64,000 bases of DNA from Ylistrum balloti (taxonomy: Eukaryota). Below, piece by piece: positions 13,975-27,384 of the stretch. Under the pieces are notes generated by a model. That model was not told the DNA's origin. It ran no database searches and saw only the letters and a program-made list of their open reading frames with translations. The stretch is from the NCBI RefSeq assembly GCF_031769215.1, contig NW_026782326.1, forward strand, positions 744,001 through 808,000. Direction: 5' to 3'. The position numbers and the translations under genes were made by a program. The stretch's first letter is position 1. Every line of letters begins with the position of its first letter.

Positions 13975-15492
13975 ATTGGTGTGTGGTATGGAAGGATGGT
14001 GTAAAAATGATTTACATGGTGTGTACCAAATTGTGTGTGGTGTGGAGGGATGGTGTATAATTTACATGGTGTGTACCTACTTGTTGTGTGTGGTATGGAG
14101 GGATGGTGTATAATTTACATGGTGTGTACCTTCTTGTTGTGTGTGGTATGGAGGGATGGTGTAATGATTAACATGGTGTGTACCTACTTGTTGTGTGTGG
14201 TATGGAGGGATGGTGTATAATTTACATGGTGTGTACCTACTTGTTGTGTGTGGTATGGAGGGATGGTGTATACCTACTTTTGTGTGGTGTGGAGGGATGG
14301 TGAAATGATTTACATGGTGTGTACCTACTTGTTGTGTGTGGTATGGAGGGATGGTGTATAATTTACATGGTGTGTACCTACTTGTTGTGTGTGGTATGGA
14401 GGGATGGTGTATAATTTACATGGTGTGTACCTTCTTGTTGTGTGTGGTATGGAGTGATGGTGTATACCTACTTGTGTGTGGTATGGAGGGATGGTGTAAT
14501 GATTTACATGGTGTGTACCTACTTGTTGTGTGTGGTATGGAGGGATGGTGTATAATTTACATGGTGTGTACCTACTTGTTGTGTGTGGTATGGAGGGATG
14601 GTGTATACCTACTTTTGTGTGGTGTGGAGGGATGGTGAAATGATTTACATGGTGTGTACCTACTTGTTGTGTGTGGTATGGAGGGATGGTGTATACCTAC
14701 TTGTGTGTGGTATGGAGGGATGGTGTAATGATTAACATGGTGTGTACCTACTTGTTGTGTGTGGTATGGAGGGATGGTGTATAATTTACATGGTGTGTAC
14801 CTACTTGTTGTGTGTGGTATGGAGGGATGGTGTAATGATTAACATGGTGTGTACCTACTTGTTGTGTGTGGTATGGAGGGATGGTGTATAATTTACATGG
14901 TGTGTACCTACTTGTTGTGTGTGGTATGGAGGGATGGTGTATACCTACTTTTGTGTGGTGTGGAGGGATGGTGAAATGATTTACATGGTGTGTACCTACT
15001 TGTTGTGTGTGGTATGGAGGGATGGTGTATAATTTACATGGTGTGTACCTACTTGTTGTGTGTGGTATGGAGGGATGGTGTATAATTTACATGGTGTGTA
15101 CCTTCTTGTTGTGTGTGGTATGGAGGGATGGTGTATACCTACTTTTGTGTGGTGTGGAGGGATGGTGAAATGATTTACATGGTGTGTACCTACTTGTTGT
15201 GTGTGGTATGGAGGGATGGTGTATAATTTACATGGTGTGTACCTACTTGTTGTGTGTGGTATGGAGGGATGGTGTATAATTTACATGGTGTGTACCTTCT
15301 TGTTGTGTGTGGTATGGAGGGATGGTGTATACCTACTTGTGTGTGGTATGGAGGGATGGTGTAATGATTAACATGGTGTGTACCTACTTGTTGTGTGTGG
15401 TATGGAGGGATGGTGTATAATTTACATGGTGTGTACCTACTTGTTGTGTGGTATGGAGGGATGATGTAATGATTAACATGGTGTGTACCTAT
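13975..15492. repeat. GT-rich minisatellite, 53-bp unit mixed with a shorter unit of about 35 bp
   Basis: Unit atttacatggtgtgtacctacttgttgtgtgtggtatggagggatggtgtata, with recurring short variants lacking the atttacatggtgt segment. Confidence 0.95.
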
Positions 15493-16271
15493 GTGTTAAG
15501 TATTCTGTAAGGTGTAAACAGATCTATGTAGATAATGAATTGTGTCAAGTGCCGTGTTATTATGTTACCTGTTGTTCAACTTGTACGTACTCATGTAAAT
15601 CATTTACCAATAAAAAAAACATAGACATTGTCAATTTGGTTTTTTAATTTTTTTCAAGCCCTTTGATTAGCTGTATATCTAATATCTGTTCTTTTGACAA
15701 GCAACATTTGTGACATTGGTTTAATCAATTAGCATGACCACAATATTTCACTGCCCACCATTGTATTATTTTTATGGTGGTAATTTTATCTTTATTGAAA
15801 GGAAATAGAAAAATGAAACTTGAACAAGATCTATAAAGTATTTCTAAAGAAGTACATTGATTTATAGCTGTTGAAATTGGACATTGCTGACTGTCTCGAG
15901 AAAAAGCTATAACAGACTTAAATTTCAAAATCCAATATAGAAGTCTGTTGACCATTTCATGTTCTAATCCATCCTTGATACTCCAGGGATTACAACCACT
16001 TTTGTTCTCTGCACCTGTGGAACACTTCATGACAAAACTGAAGGTTCCATGTGTGACACCTTGTGGACAAGATGACAAGACTAATGTGATCCTCTGGTGT
16101 ACATCAAACGATTCTTGATGTCACATAATGGTATATTGTAATGGCTTTGTAGTTTGGTGTTGCTCCTTTGTAATCTTCAAAAGAAGTGTATCAGTCTTAA
16201 ATTACTTCACTTGTGCCTTCAAATTTGACGTGACATGTTCTAGGAGTACAGAGAGCAAAAATATCATAACT

Positions 16272-16958
16272 CCTGGAGTATCGAGGATGTAGTGATCGTA
16301 ACCCCTGGAGTATCGAGGATGTAGTGATCATAACCCCTGGAGTATCGAGGATGTAGTGATCATAACCCCTGGAGTATCGAGGATGTAGTGATCATAACCC
16401 CTGGAGTATCGAGGATGTAGTGATCGTAACCCCTGGAGTATCGAGGATGTAGTGATCATAACCTATGGAGTGTCGAGGATGTAGTGATCGTAACCCCTGG
16501 AGTATCGAGGATGTAGTGATCGTAACCCATGGAGTATCGAGGATGTAGTGATCGTAACCCCTGGAGTATCCAGGATGTAGTGATCGTAACCCCTGGAGTA
16601 TCGAGGATGTAGTGATCGTAACCCCTGGAGTATCGAGGATGTAGTGATCGTAACCCCTGGAGTATCGAGGATGTAGTGATCGTAACCCCTGGAGTATCGA
16701 GGATGTAGTGATCGTTACCCTTGGAGTATCGAGGATGTAGTGATCGTAACCCTTGGAGTATCGAGGATGTAGTGATCGTTACCCTTGGAGTATCGAGGAT
16801 GTAGTGATCGTAACCCCTGGAGTATCGAGGATGTAGTGATCGTTACCCTTGGAGTATCGAGGATGTAGTGATCGTTACCCTTGGAGTATCGATGTAGTGA
16901 TCGTAACCCCTGGAGTATCGAGGATGTAGTGATCATAACCCTTGGAGTATCGAGGATG
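16272..16958. repeat. 32-bp minisatellite, about 21 copies
   Basis: Unit ctggagtatcgaggatgtagtgatcgtaaccc in direct tandem with no spacers. Confidence 0.95.
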
Positions 16959-19556
16959 ATTCTAATCAGTCCTAAACATGGACAAGGTAATTAACACACC
17001 AATACGACCATTTTGATCTTGAGATCGGTCCCGAAATTAAATGCACAAGGAATGACCTAGGGTAGTTTACACATTAAATCACAGACTGATCTATCATGTA
17101 CTTCTCAATACATAGTTAAAACAAACTTAACCTTTCAAAATTTGATATAACTGCCTTGCTGTCATTTTGTTTTTTGGATTAGTCCTAAGGACTAAGGGAA
17201 GTTTACATTGGAAATTTTGAAGAAATAGAGATAACAAATAGGCAATTTATGTGGTTGTTTCTATGAAATAATGACAACTCTCATATTATATCCATGAAAC
17301 TTTGACCTAGCAAGGTAGGAAACAAGTGCAATGAATTTGCAATATCCGTCATGTATATTTTGAAGATCAGCAATATCAAGAATTATTTGCATAGTGCCAT
17401 CTTGCTGTAAACCCAAAGGCCATTTCCTATTTGCAGTGAAACAGCATTGGTGAGAGATGAAAGTGGAAAGGACTATTTTTGAATGTACAACATAAACACA
17501 TAAACAAGGAAGACAAATGACAGCAAAGAATATCAGAACATTTCTTTGAAAATTTTATTGCCCAAAGATGTCGACTCACAATAATCTAATAATTAACTAT
17601 GGTTTCAATAAATCATATAATTTGAAACAAACATTTTCAATTACAATCAACAAACATTCAACTTGTGTTCTCTTTTGTTCCATATTTCATCGATTGTCTT
17701 TAAAACAAAGAAAATTAAACATCTTTACAAAAATTTAACAGGATACTAACAAGAAAACTGATAGAGAAAGCAGGAACATAAGGCGAACATGTCCTAAACT
17801 TGAAAACTGACTTAAAGAAGGGGCCAACCAGGTACATGTTGTAAGGAAGCTAAATTACCAATGACTTCAGAATTTCAATGTTGGAGATGGTTTTTGTGTA
17901 GTTGTAGATTTTCCTTCAGCAAATCATTTATCTTAATATGAGCTCATTTCTTTGAAGTAATCAAATTTTTACAAAATGAGAAAATAAGTCACCTTGTTAT
18001 TGTGCAAAAACTTGCGAATCATGAAATTTTCGGTTACTATGAAACACAATATTGTCACTATCAAGGTCATCTTTGCTCTTGAAGTTCAAATTGAAATGAA
18101 AATTTATCAAACTGATTTGTTATAGTTTATGATGAATGTATTGTTCAGATAATTTCTTTTTACTTTGGAACTTTAAAGCCAAATAAGGTCATCAAAAGAT
18201 CATCTAGAAAACGAAATCTTAAACTGAACCTATAGTGAAAATTACCAAATTTAATTGTTTTATTTCCGGTGGATTAAAACAAAGTTGTTTACTTTTGAAG
18301 ACTAGAAAATCCAGTGTGTTAGATGCCTTTGTACCCAACAGTTACCTATATCCATATATCATGCAGTGTATATGTAAATTACAAAACAAGAGAAACTTTG
18401 GGATGAACAATCCTCTATATGTAATTAAAGGTATAAATGCAATAGAATCCTACAGGACTTCATCATTGTAGACATTATCTTTTCTTTAATATTTTAATTA
18501 TATGGAACTTAAAACACCAGTATACATTTTAAAAATATTTTCCATGCAACAAATTTATCAGGAAATCCAGAAATGCTCTGTTGTTTTTACAAATCATGTG
18601 GCTTATTCACTGTAATTTTCTGCATCAGTAAACTGTATTAGTTCAAATTCATATTAATTTTTAATTCAATAGAAAGAACAGGTAAGCATTTACTGGTTTT
18701 ACTAAAATTACACTGTATTAATAACAGGTTTATAAAATTAATTAATTTCTTTCATTACTGTGTAATACTTGTTATATTTTTCTGTACCAGTTTCCCGGTT
18801 TTCTGAGAACAACTCAATTATAACTTGAAGAATATAGACCTTGTATAGGGTTTGTTTTTTGGGACACTGATATTTGATCAAGTTCTAAATTTAAGCTCTT
18901 CATGTTGGACTGGCCTGCATTTTGAAAACCTATTGAGTGTATGTCTATTGATATTAATGGAACCCATCAAAATTTTTTTAAGAAAAAGTGTGTTCCAAAC
19001 TCGACCAATTAATTCACTTTACACAGAGGTATTATATATTGTTTTATCAACTCCTACACTTACCACATTCATATTTGAAATCAAAGAAGTAATTAATAAA
19101 TGTGCATAGGTTTTGCCAATATGCATGTTTTGCAAACGAGCATGGAAGAATTTAAATTGGGCATTAAGAAATAACAGAATGAAGTAATACAAGTATTTTA
19201 CTGTATTGTGTGATGCAGATTTCTTTACTTACTGACACATAGAATTAACAATGTATTAAGGAAGAGATTTAACAGGAACAAACAAGTTAGGTACTTGATT
19301 ATGGAGTTTTACGGCATGTTATCAACAGTATATAATGGATCATAAAATATCAAAGACAGTTGTTTGAATAAATTATATAACAGACACCTCAATCATAACG
19401 TACAAAAATATGTTTTACAGAGAATGATAACAGACATATCCCCTTTATAATGTCTTTGATATTCCATGATCTATATTTCATTGAAAAATAAAAATAAATA
19501 AAATTAATGGTATGAATATAACACATTGGAAGATTTGGGATCGATGAAACAATTTA

Positions 19557-22500
19557 TCAGCACTGTTTTTGACGTTTTGCTTCAGGCTCCACACAAGCAT
19601 CTCCCTTATTCACAATTGAGATGGGTTGTACTATCTGTGATGCATTATAATTGTCAAGAACTTTGAATGTATTTTCCACAGGAGTAAGTGTTACATCGGA
19701 TGGATACTCAATACATACTACTAGAGGATTGTTTTTTGGGTCTGTTTTCCCCTCAGATTCCTCGGAAACACAGTAGGAATACCCCTCTCCACCAAGCTGG
19801 AAGCTAAGATTTCCTCGCTGACTGTTATCTAGATTTGACAAAATGCTATCCTGGAGGGCTTTATTGACATCACTCTGACTATCTGATATAGTTGAATCCT
19901 CCACATTCTCCTGAAGAGACGATTCCTCACCTGTGCCCATCACAGCTCTGGGACTTTCTGCTTCGTTGTCAGGATCAGAGTCACCTGGTTTAGATTGATC
20001 AACTAATTCATCAGGTGCTGGATTAGAGTCTTGGTCCAGGTTACACTCAATGATGTAGCGCTGAATGTTACTATTAGTCTTTGGTGAGGCTTTATTTTGC
20101 CCATCCACCACAGTGTTAGACAAAAATGTTTGTGGTTTGTACTCGCGTTTGATGACAAGCAGCTGTTGGTGGAGAAGATCTCGGTGCTGTGTCTCCATAT
20201 TCTTTAACAAAGTTTCTATATTACGGTCCAGTGGAACACTGACCTGCTCCAGTAATTCTTCCTCACGCTTTTGGTAGGACAGTACTTCCTTTCCCAGGGT
20301 CTCCACCTGTTAATATACATCCACATTAATTTATACATCAGCTTTGCTGTCAAACTACATACATATAAACATATCACTACTGACAACTTTACCATAATAC
20401 AACAATGTCACTGTCTAACTATGTTTGTTTGAAACTACAAATAAATATTCAATCTAACCCAAGGTCAAGCAGCAAATATATATATATATGCTTGCTGTGT
20501 TATAGATATAATTCTGTATAGGTTGTTTTCGTGCGGAGGATATCTTCGCTATTTCGCAGTATATAAACACGATCCTGCTCGTATTCAATGGCCTTTTAAA
20601 TTCAGATCACAAAATTTAAGATTTCTTGAAATATATAATTTGAAATCATGAAAATTTTGACCTGTAAAAATGAACAGCTATACATTATCGTTGCCTATGA
20701 ACCCAAGAAATGTTTTTTTATTTTCTACCATTTGAGTTATAATGCAGGAAAATTCTCATAAGTTCAGGAAGTAATGAGCAACTGGACAGATCCAAACACT
20801 ACTAGATTATACCCAGTTATCATTAACAGTGTAGAAATGATAACAATAAACAAAGTTGTGGTCAAAAGGAAAATGTTTTGATCGGCAGTATGATACAGTT
20901 ACAAGACTTCCTCTCACCTGTGACTTCAGGGAAAGAATTTCTGTTCTCAGTATACGTTCTGTCTCGTCCTTTTCAGCCTCCAGCTGTTGGTATTTTTGCT
21001 GTAGCTCCTCCAATTTGTTGGCTGCATTTTGGTGGTTCGACTGCTCCTTTTCCTCAACCATCCTCACATCCTACAAATATGATACTGACAAAGTGTTGAA
21101 TCTTTTACAACCTGTTAGATCATCCCCACATCCTACAAATATGATACTGACAAAGTGTTGAATCTTTTACAACCTGTTAGATCATCCCCACATCCTACAA
21201 TATGATACTGACAAAGTGTTGAATCTTTTACAACCTGTTAGATCATCCCCACATCCTACAAATATGATACTGACAAAGTGTTGAATCTTTTACAACCTGT
21301 TAGATCATCCCCACATCCTACAATTATAATATCTACAAACTGTTGAATCATTTACAACCTGTTAGATCATCCCCACATCCTACAATTATGATATCTACAA
21401 ACTGTTGAATCTTTTACAACCTGTTATATCATCCTCACATCCTACAATCATGATATTGATAAAGCTCATCCTGCAATCATAGTACTCTTAAATATTTAAC
21501 AGAAACAAGATGTTTCAACGATTATCCCTAAAATATTAGATAAACCATACAACCAGCACCACAGTAATTATTGGTAAACAATTGCTTTCGTAACTGCACA
21601 AAATGAAATGATGGGATCAAACAAAGATAACAACCTGTAGAGTATTTCTGACAATATACAGACTTCTTTTATCTTTGTTATGTAGTAAAGTTACATGAAT
21701 AAGTCACTGTACTAAACTGTAATAATGAAAGAACATCAATTCCGAAAGTTTCTGTGAAACATGTGATTTGAGAAAATTCTCAAAAAAAAAGCCCTGACAA
21801 TTTTTTCTTGTTTCATAAACCCCAAAATTCAATGTTTGTTGATATACATTTTCCAATCTTTTACATAAATATGAACATTGAGTTGGTAAAAACATTGATA
21901 TATCCTTGACATTTCACTTCCTATTTTACCTCACTAGTGATGATCTGGGTAGTGTATGTATTGCTATTGTTTTCTACTGGTTCCTCCTGTATAATCATGA
22001 TGTGATGTGTTTGGCCATCAGAAGTGTCCACTGTCTCGTTGGCAGCCACAGAGACATGGACGGAACCCTCAGGGACCTTACCATTGGATACAGTCACTTG
22101 GTGGGGCTGGCTCATCAAACCTACACAGCAAAAATATATTCAACTTTCTGTCTTGAAGTTGTTATTTAAATCATATCTAAAACATGTTCAATCAATAAAT
22201 AACAAAAACTATTATCTCTTGTGTGTACAAAGGAAGTATAGAAGTAAAACCTACCAGGTTCCAGATATTATCTCTTGTGTGTACAAAGGAAGTATAGAGG
22301 TAAAACCTACCAGGTTCCAGATATTATCTCTTGTGTGTACAAAGGAAGTATAGAAGTAAAACCTACCAGGTTCCAGATATTATCTCTTGTGTGTACAAAG
22401 GAAGTATAGAGGTAAAACCTACCAGGTTTCTGATATTATCTCTTGTGTGTACAAAGGAAGTATAGAGGTAAAACCTACCAGGTTCCTGATATTATCTCTT

Positions 22501-25500
22501 GTGTGTACAAAGGAAGTATAGAAGTAAAACCTACCAGGTTCCTGATATTATCTCTTGTGTGTACAAAGGAAGTATAGAGGTAAAACCTACCAGGTTTCTG
22601 ATATTATCTCTTGTGTGTACAAAGGAAGTATAGAGGTAAAACCTACCAGGTTCCTGATATTACCTCTTGTGTGTACAAAGGAAGTATAGAGGTAAAACCT
22701 ACCAGGCTCCTGAGCTAGACTAGATGAATTAATGACCTTCATGAGAGATAGATAGAGGTAAAATCTACCTGGTTTCTGAGCTAGACTAGATGACATTACA
22801 GTCTCGGTGGGAGCTGGGTATATGGTATGGAGGTAAACCTGAGGTAGACTTGATGACATAACAGCCTCGGTGGGAGCTGGGTGTATGGTATAGAGATAAA
22901 CCTGAGGTAGACTAGATGACATAACAGCCTCGGTGGGAGCTGGGTGTATGGTATAGAGATAAACCTGAGGTAGACTAGATGACATAACAGCCTCGGTGGG
23001 AGCTGGGTGTATGTTATAGAGATAAACCTGAGGTAGACTAGATGACATAACAGCCTCAGTGAGAGCTGGGTGTATGGTATAGAGATAAACCTGAGGTAGA
23101 CTAGATGACATAACAGCCTTGGTGGGGGCTGGGTGTATGGTATAGTGATAAACCTGAGCTAGACTAGATGACATAACAGCCTTGGTGGGGGCTGGGTGTA
23201 TGGTATAGAGATAAACCTGAGGTAGACTAGATGACATAACAGTCTCGGTGGGGGCTGGGTGTATGGTATAGAGATAAACCTGAGGTAGACTAGATGACAT
23301 AACAGCCTTGGTGGGGGCTGGGTGTATGGTATAGAGATAAACCTGAGGTAGACTAGATGACATAACAGTCTCGGTGGGAGCTGGGTGTATGGTATAGAGA
23401 TAAACCTGAGGTAGACTAGATGACATAACAGCCTCAGTGGGAGCTGGGTGTATGGTAAAGAGATAAACCTGAGGCAGACTAGATGACATAACAGCCTCGA
23501 TGGGAGCTGGGTGTATGGTATGGAGGTAAACCTACCTGGTTCCTGAGCTAGACTAGATGACATAACAGCCTCGGTAAGAGCTGGGTGTATAGATATGCCA
23601 CCCTGGTCAATAGTTGCTGTACTATCACAATATCCAGAACTAGGATTGTTCACCTCCTGGAATAAAGACACAAAGAACTCCTGAAACTAAATGATCTAAT
23701 TTAGAGCAGTCCATACAGCTATTCCTTCAGAGAAACTTTGATATGAAAATTTACAACAGGTTCAAACTTAGTAATTAGGCATAAGCAGGATCCACTTATT
23801 TAGCTTTTTCATCGGAGTTTGTAAACTCTCCAAATTTTTAGGTAAATGTCATTTGTTATTTGACTTCTGAAGTAAATAAATTTCCAAGTGAACAGTAAGC
23901 CCTTGGTATAAGAGTAGACGAAATTTCAGTATGTGATGTCTTTCCATCACAACATATACCTTTTATATTTTATATTTAATATTTCGTTAATCGCCCTGCA
24001 TACCTTTGGTATCCAAGCTCAAGTGAAGCGCCTCACTGAAGAAACCACTTACCTGATACTGACGTTATTTATTTATTTAATCTACAACATATACCTGTTA
24101 TATCTATAGTCCAAACACACCTGTTTCTCCTGTACTTCATATATATCTCTGCTACTTGTATTCATTTGTAGCTATTGCTGCAATAGATATATACCTCTCA
24201 GCTAGAGAGATTTTATATGATAGGTTACACTAGTAAGCCAGAAATCACTGGTTTGATCTCTAATGGAATCAATAATGACCACTGTTACATAAGTGTCCAT
24301 GTGGGGACTCCAGAACAATACAAAACATCACTTTCACAAGCATCACTATAATACTTGGAAACATGAGGATGACTTCTTTTTTTCTAGAAGGGGAGTATTA
24401 TAATAATTAGAAATATTAACTGCAATATATTGCTCAGCTAGAGAAATATTCTCTTCAACTCACTTTGTTAAGTGCGAGGCTGGTAAGCAAAGGGTTCTGG
24501 GTTTGATCCATTGCTTAGGCACTAAAATATGTAAACAGCCTCTGTTACACATACTTGTTTAACCTGCATGTCATATACATACCTGAGCTACCTGTATCTG
24601 AAATGTTGTTTGTGGATTTCGAAAGTGGGTTTTGTAGTGTTTGATGGCCTCATCTCTCCTGTTGAACCCATTTCTACACCTATAGCAATGCCAGTGTGCT
24701 CCCTTAAACTTCTTTTCTCCTTTGATCACACCAACAATGTCACAGTGATCACAACATCGCAGAATCTTAAGACCTATCAAAAAAATTCCCCCTTGTACTT
24801 TTGAACTTTCTGTCAATTAATTCAGTAGTTCATGTTTACAAGTATTAATAATAATGATATAAGGCAATATGAGTAACATCTTTAATACCAAACAATTACA
24901 TGGATACATAACGTTGGATATAAGAAAATATTGAAGAAAAAAGTCATAAGTATCTGATTTGATTATTTTCTTGATTTACAAGGAAATCAACTTTCTTTCT
25001 GAATAATTTTGGCAACTTTTCATTATCAGTGTGATTTGAAATATATTTACCAGCGAAGTCTATGCCTTTGTCAACATGTTTAACTCTGTAATGGGCTTTT
25101 AGTATCACAGGATCTTGGTAAATGTCAGATTTGACACAAAATGGACAATGCATATGAGCACTTTTGTTAGAACACATCTGGTCATAGCAGGGAGCAGGGT
25201 TGTAGTTGTTCTCTGTTCCTTTGATTCGGACACTTGGATGAGTCTGCAAAAAAAAAAATAAAGAAATTACTGATTAAATCAAATGAATTAAAATGTTTCA
25301 ATTGAGTTTGATCACTAGTGCTTGAGTTATGAGGTCAGAAAAACCCCTTTTCTCCATACTTGTTATCTCATCGTGCCTACTGTATGGCTAAGAGCAATTT
25401 AGTTCTTACATGTACACTTTGTATTGGGACAGAAAGACAAATGTGGCTCTCCAGAGGCTCGACACTTTTGTCTTTATTAACCCTAGTCAAAATACAGTCA

Positions 25501-27227
25501 GTATTTTAAGACGCAGATCATGTATTCTCTATATAACCTTCATAACAAACTGAATACACTGTGAGAGAACAGGTTCTTTACTTCTTACATTGGTATTACT
25601 GATACAGCAGGACCATCTTGTTTTATATCTGTCGTATGTTTTTGGTAGGGTGTAGCTTTTCTTCAGCGTATGCTTCCTGTTGGTTAGCTGCTACAAACCA
25701 ATACCTGTTTGTTTACAAGGCCATGTCAAACGTGTAGGGCGTTTGTTGGTTAGTTGTACCTTATGGGACAGGAAACGGAATTGAACACGGGAAATTCAGT
25801 TTATCGCTTACTTTGTTTACTATATACGATTTGGCCAATCGTAGAGTAGCACTCATTAAGGGGGTATAAAAGAGTGGGTTGCTGTGGGATTTAGTGTTTT
25901 GAAAGGGTTGGCTAACCGATTCACTTCTGTAGGTGAGGATACGACTGTAGTGGTGCTCTTAACAGTACACAGTGTTGTGATATCGGCTCACATAGTGTGC
26001 TATAGCAAGCATAGGATGTGCATTACCAGGGGATAGTCAGGGGCTAAGGGCTTAGACATCCATAGGAAACCTGTATACAATGCAGGGTTTTCCATAAGAG
26101 CCGGCTGTCTACACCAATCCAGTTCCGTAATAATGTTCCATATACGACTACACGTACACGACAGGCCACCCCCCACCTCGCCGCGTTGCGGCTCGGGTCA
26201 GCTTGCTTCACCAGCCTCTACTATCACTACACAGCCTACTACTAGCAAAATTATGGAAACCCTGCAATGGTTAGCTGTAGACCTATAGGGACCGAGGAGC
26301 ATGTTGTCTGCTGGTACTAATGTTAGGTAGCATAAGGTTACACACATTTACATTGGGATACTGTACTAGTTGAGTTACTCAGTGTTAGCTGTCAAAAGTC
26401 GGCACTAATGTTATGATCCCATAATGTTGGACCTGTATATAATCATAATGTTATCTTATTAAATAGTTGTTTGTATATATTGGAATACCTTGTTGAGTTA
26501 TTGGATATATCAGTGCTTAAGCTACATCCTAGTGGTTGAACCTAGAATTTAAGGGCTTGTAACCTTGAAGGAGAGATCCAGAGGGGACTGTTGTGACAGG
26601 CGGAGCCTATCGTACCGAGGACGAAAAGCTATATGATCATGATTGGGAATTAATAGGAGTTCTGACTGGCTGCTGTCCTCTCTGGGCCTGCTGTGCGCAC
26701 ACACGGTATGTCTATGTCCGGTGCACGCCTGTTGGAGATGTACTGGGACGTGTGACAACCCCCCCTCCCAACCTTTTCAATACACTATCATTCTACAGTA
26801 TAAATACTCCATAATGTAAATACCTACTTATTTCAATTACCAGTAAAACATGGATGTAGAGAGATGATTATCATACTCTTACAAGAAAAACAGTTTAATG
26901 TTGAAGTGAATAACTGACCATTCATCCATGTTTTTGCAGATCTGGCAGGACGTGTAAAACGCTATGTATAATTCTTATAAAATGTCTGAAGTGATCATGT
27001 GTGAAACCGAGGCAAGTCATAACGGAATACTTTATTTCGAATGATAATCCCAACCTAGCTGGAAACAGTTTTCAATAAATAAACGAAAGAACGCTTGCAA
27101 AAAGAAAACAACTGTCGTGTGCTAGCATCAATCTCCTTATATGCACTTTATAATGCGCCGACATTTTGGTACGAACACCGAGTTAACTTAAATGCGTTGT
27201 AAATACACTCACCACAAACGTATTCAT
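19557..27227 (-). CDS. Uncharacterised zinc-finger (Castor-like HxHC C2H2) and coiled-coil protein, 7 exons, 537 aa
   Basis: Exons 27213-27227, 25051-25243, 24583-24773, 23536-23656, 21930-22120, 20918-21070, 19557-20306; all GT-AG and phase-compatible, 1614 nt. Motifs: HMHCPFC-x14-HYRVKH, HWHCYRC-x12-HYKTH, a coiled coil (EELQQKYQQLEAEK..LKSQVETLGKEV), an acidic tail and a terminal KRQK. Confidence 0.8.
21067..21470. repeat. 62-bp minisatellite, about 6.5 copies, spanning a 3' splice site
   Basis: Unit catcctacaaatatgatactgacaaagtgttgaatcttttacaacctgttagatcatcccca. The first copy contains the acceptor of exon 20918-21070. Confidence 0.9.
22205..22710. repeat. 56-bp minisatellite, about 9 copies
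   Basis: Unit atattatctcttgtgtgtacaaaggaagtatagaggtaaaacctaccaggttccag, period 56 (22265, 22321). Confidence 0.95.
22790..23580. repeat. 63-bp minisatellite, about 12 copies, derived from an exon end and donor
   Basis: Unit gacataacagcctcggtgggagctgggtgtatggtatagagataaacctgaggtagactagat. The top copy is the 3' end of exon 23536-23656. Confidence 0.95.
25724..26757 (+). mobile_element. Probable solo LTR in intron 1 of the zinc-finger gene
   Basis: Begins TGTCAAACGT and ends ACGTGTGACA (9/10 inverted match, TG..CA). It is GC-richer than the flanks, with TATAAAA near 25864 and ATTAAA near 26459. No target-site duplication was found, so the boundaries are uncertain. Confidence 0.4.
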
Positions 27228-27372
27228 CTTCACAAGATGCAATGAGACATACAATTGCTTTATACAAAAGATTTTGACTGGTTTACACTGAAGTAAGTTG
27301 CATTTTGTTATTCCCTCGGTTCCTCCTTGTGTTCACGTCATTGAAATTTGCCTACATAAAAGCCTTACATGT

Positions 27373-27384
27373 ACGTCACTTCCG
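27373..27384. promoter_or_regulatory. ETS-CRE composite motif in a probable bidirectional promoter
   Basis: acgtcacttccg (reverse CGGAAGTGACGT) lies between the minus-strand ATG at 27227 and a plus-strand donor-like site gag|gtagga at 27414/27415. Confidence 0.55.

Noticed and set aside
15725-16240. 117-aa minus-strand ORF as a gene
   Set aside because: No recognisable domain, and adjacent frames are broken by stops.
16272-16958. CRISPR array (32-bp repeats); also considered for the other 31-47 bp arrays
   Set aside because: The units are contiguous with no unique spacers, there are no cas genes, and the context is intron-containing eukaryotic DNA.
22587-23489. 300-aa repeat ORF as an independent gene
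   Set aside because: It is the intronic 63-bp array read in frame and has no start context of its own.
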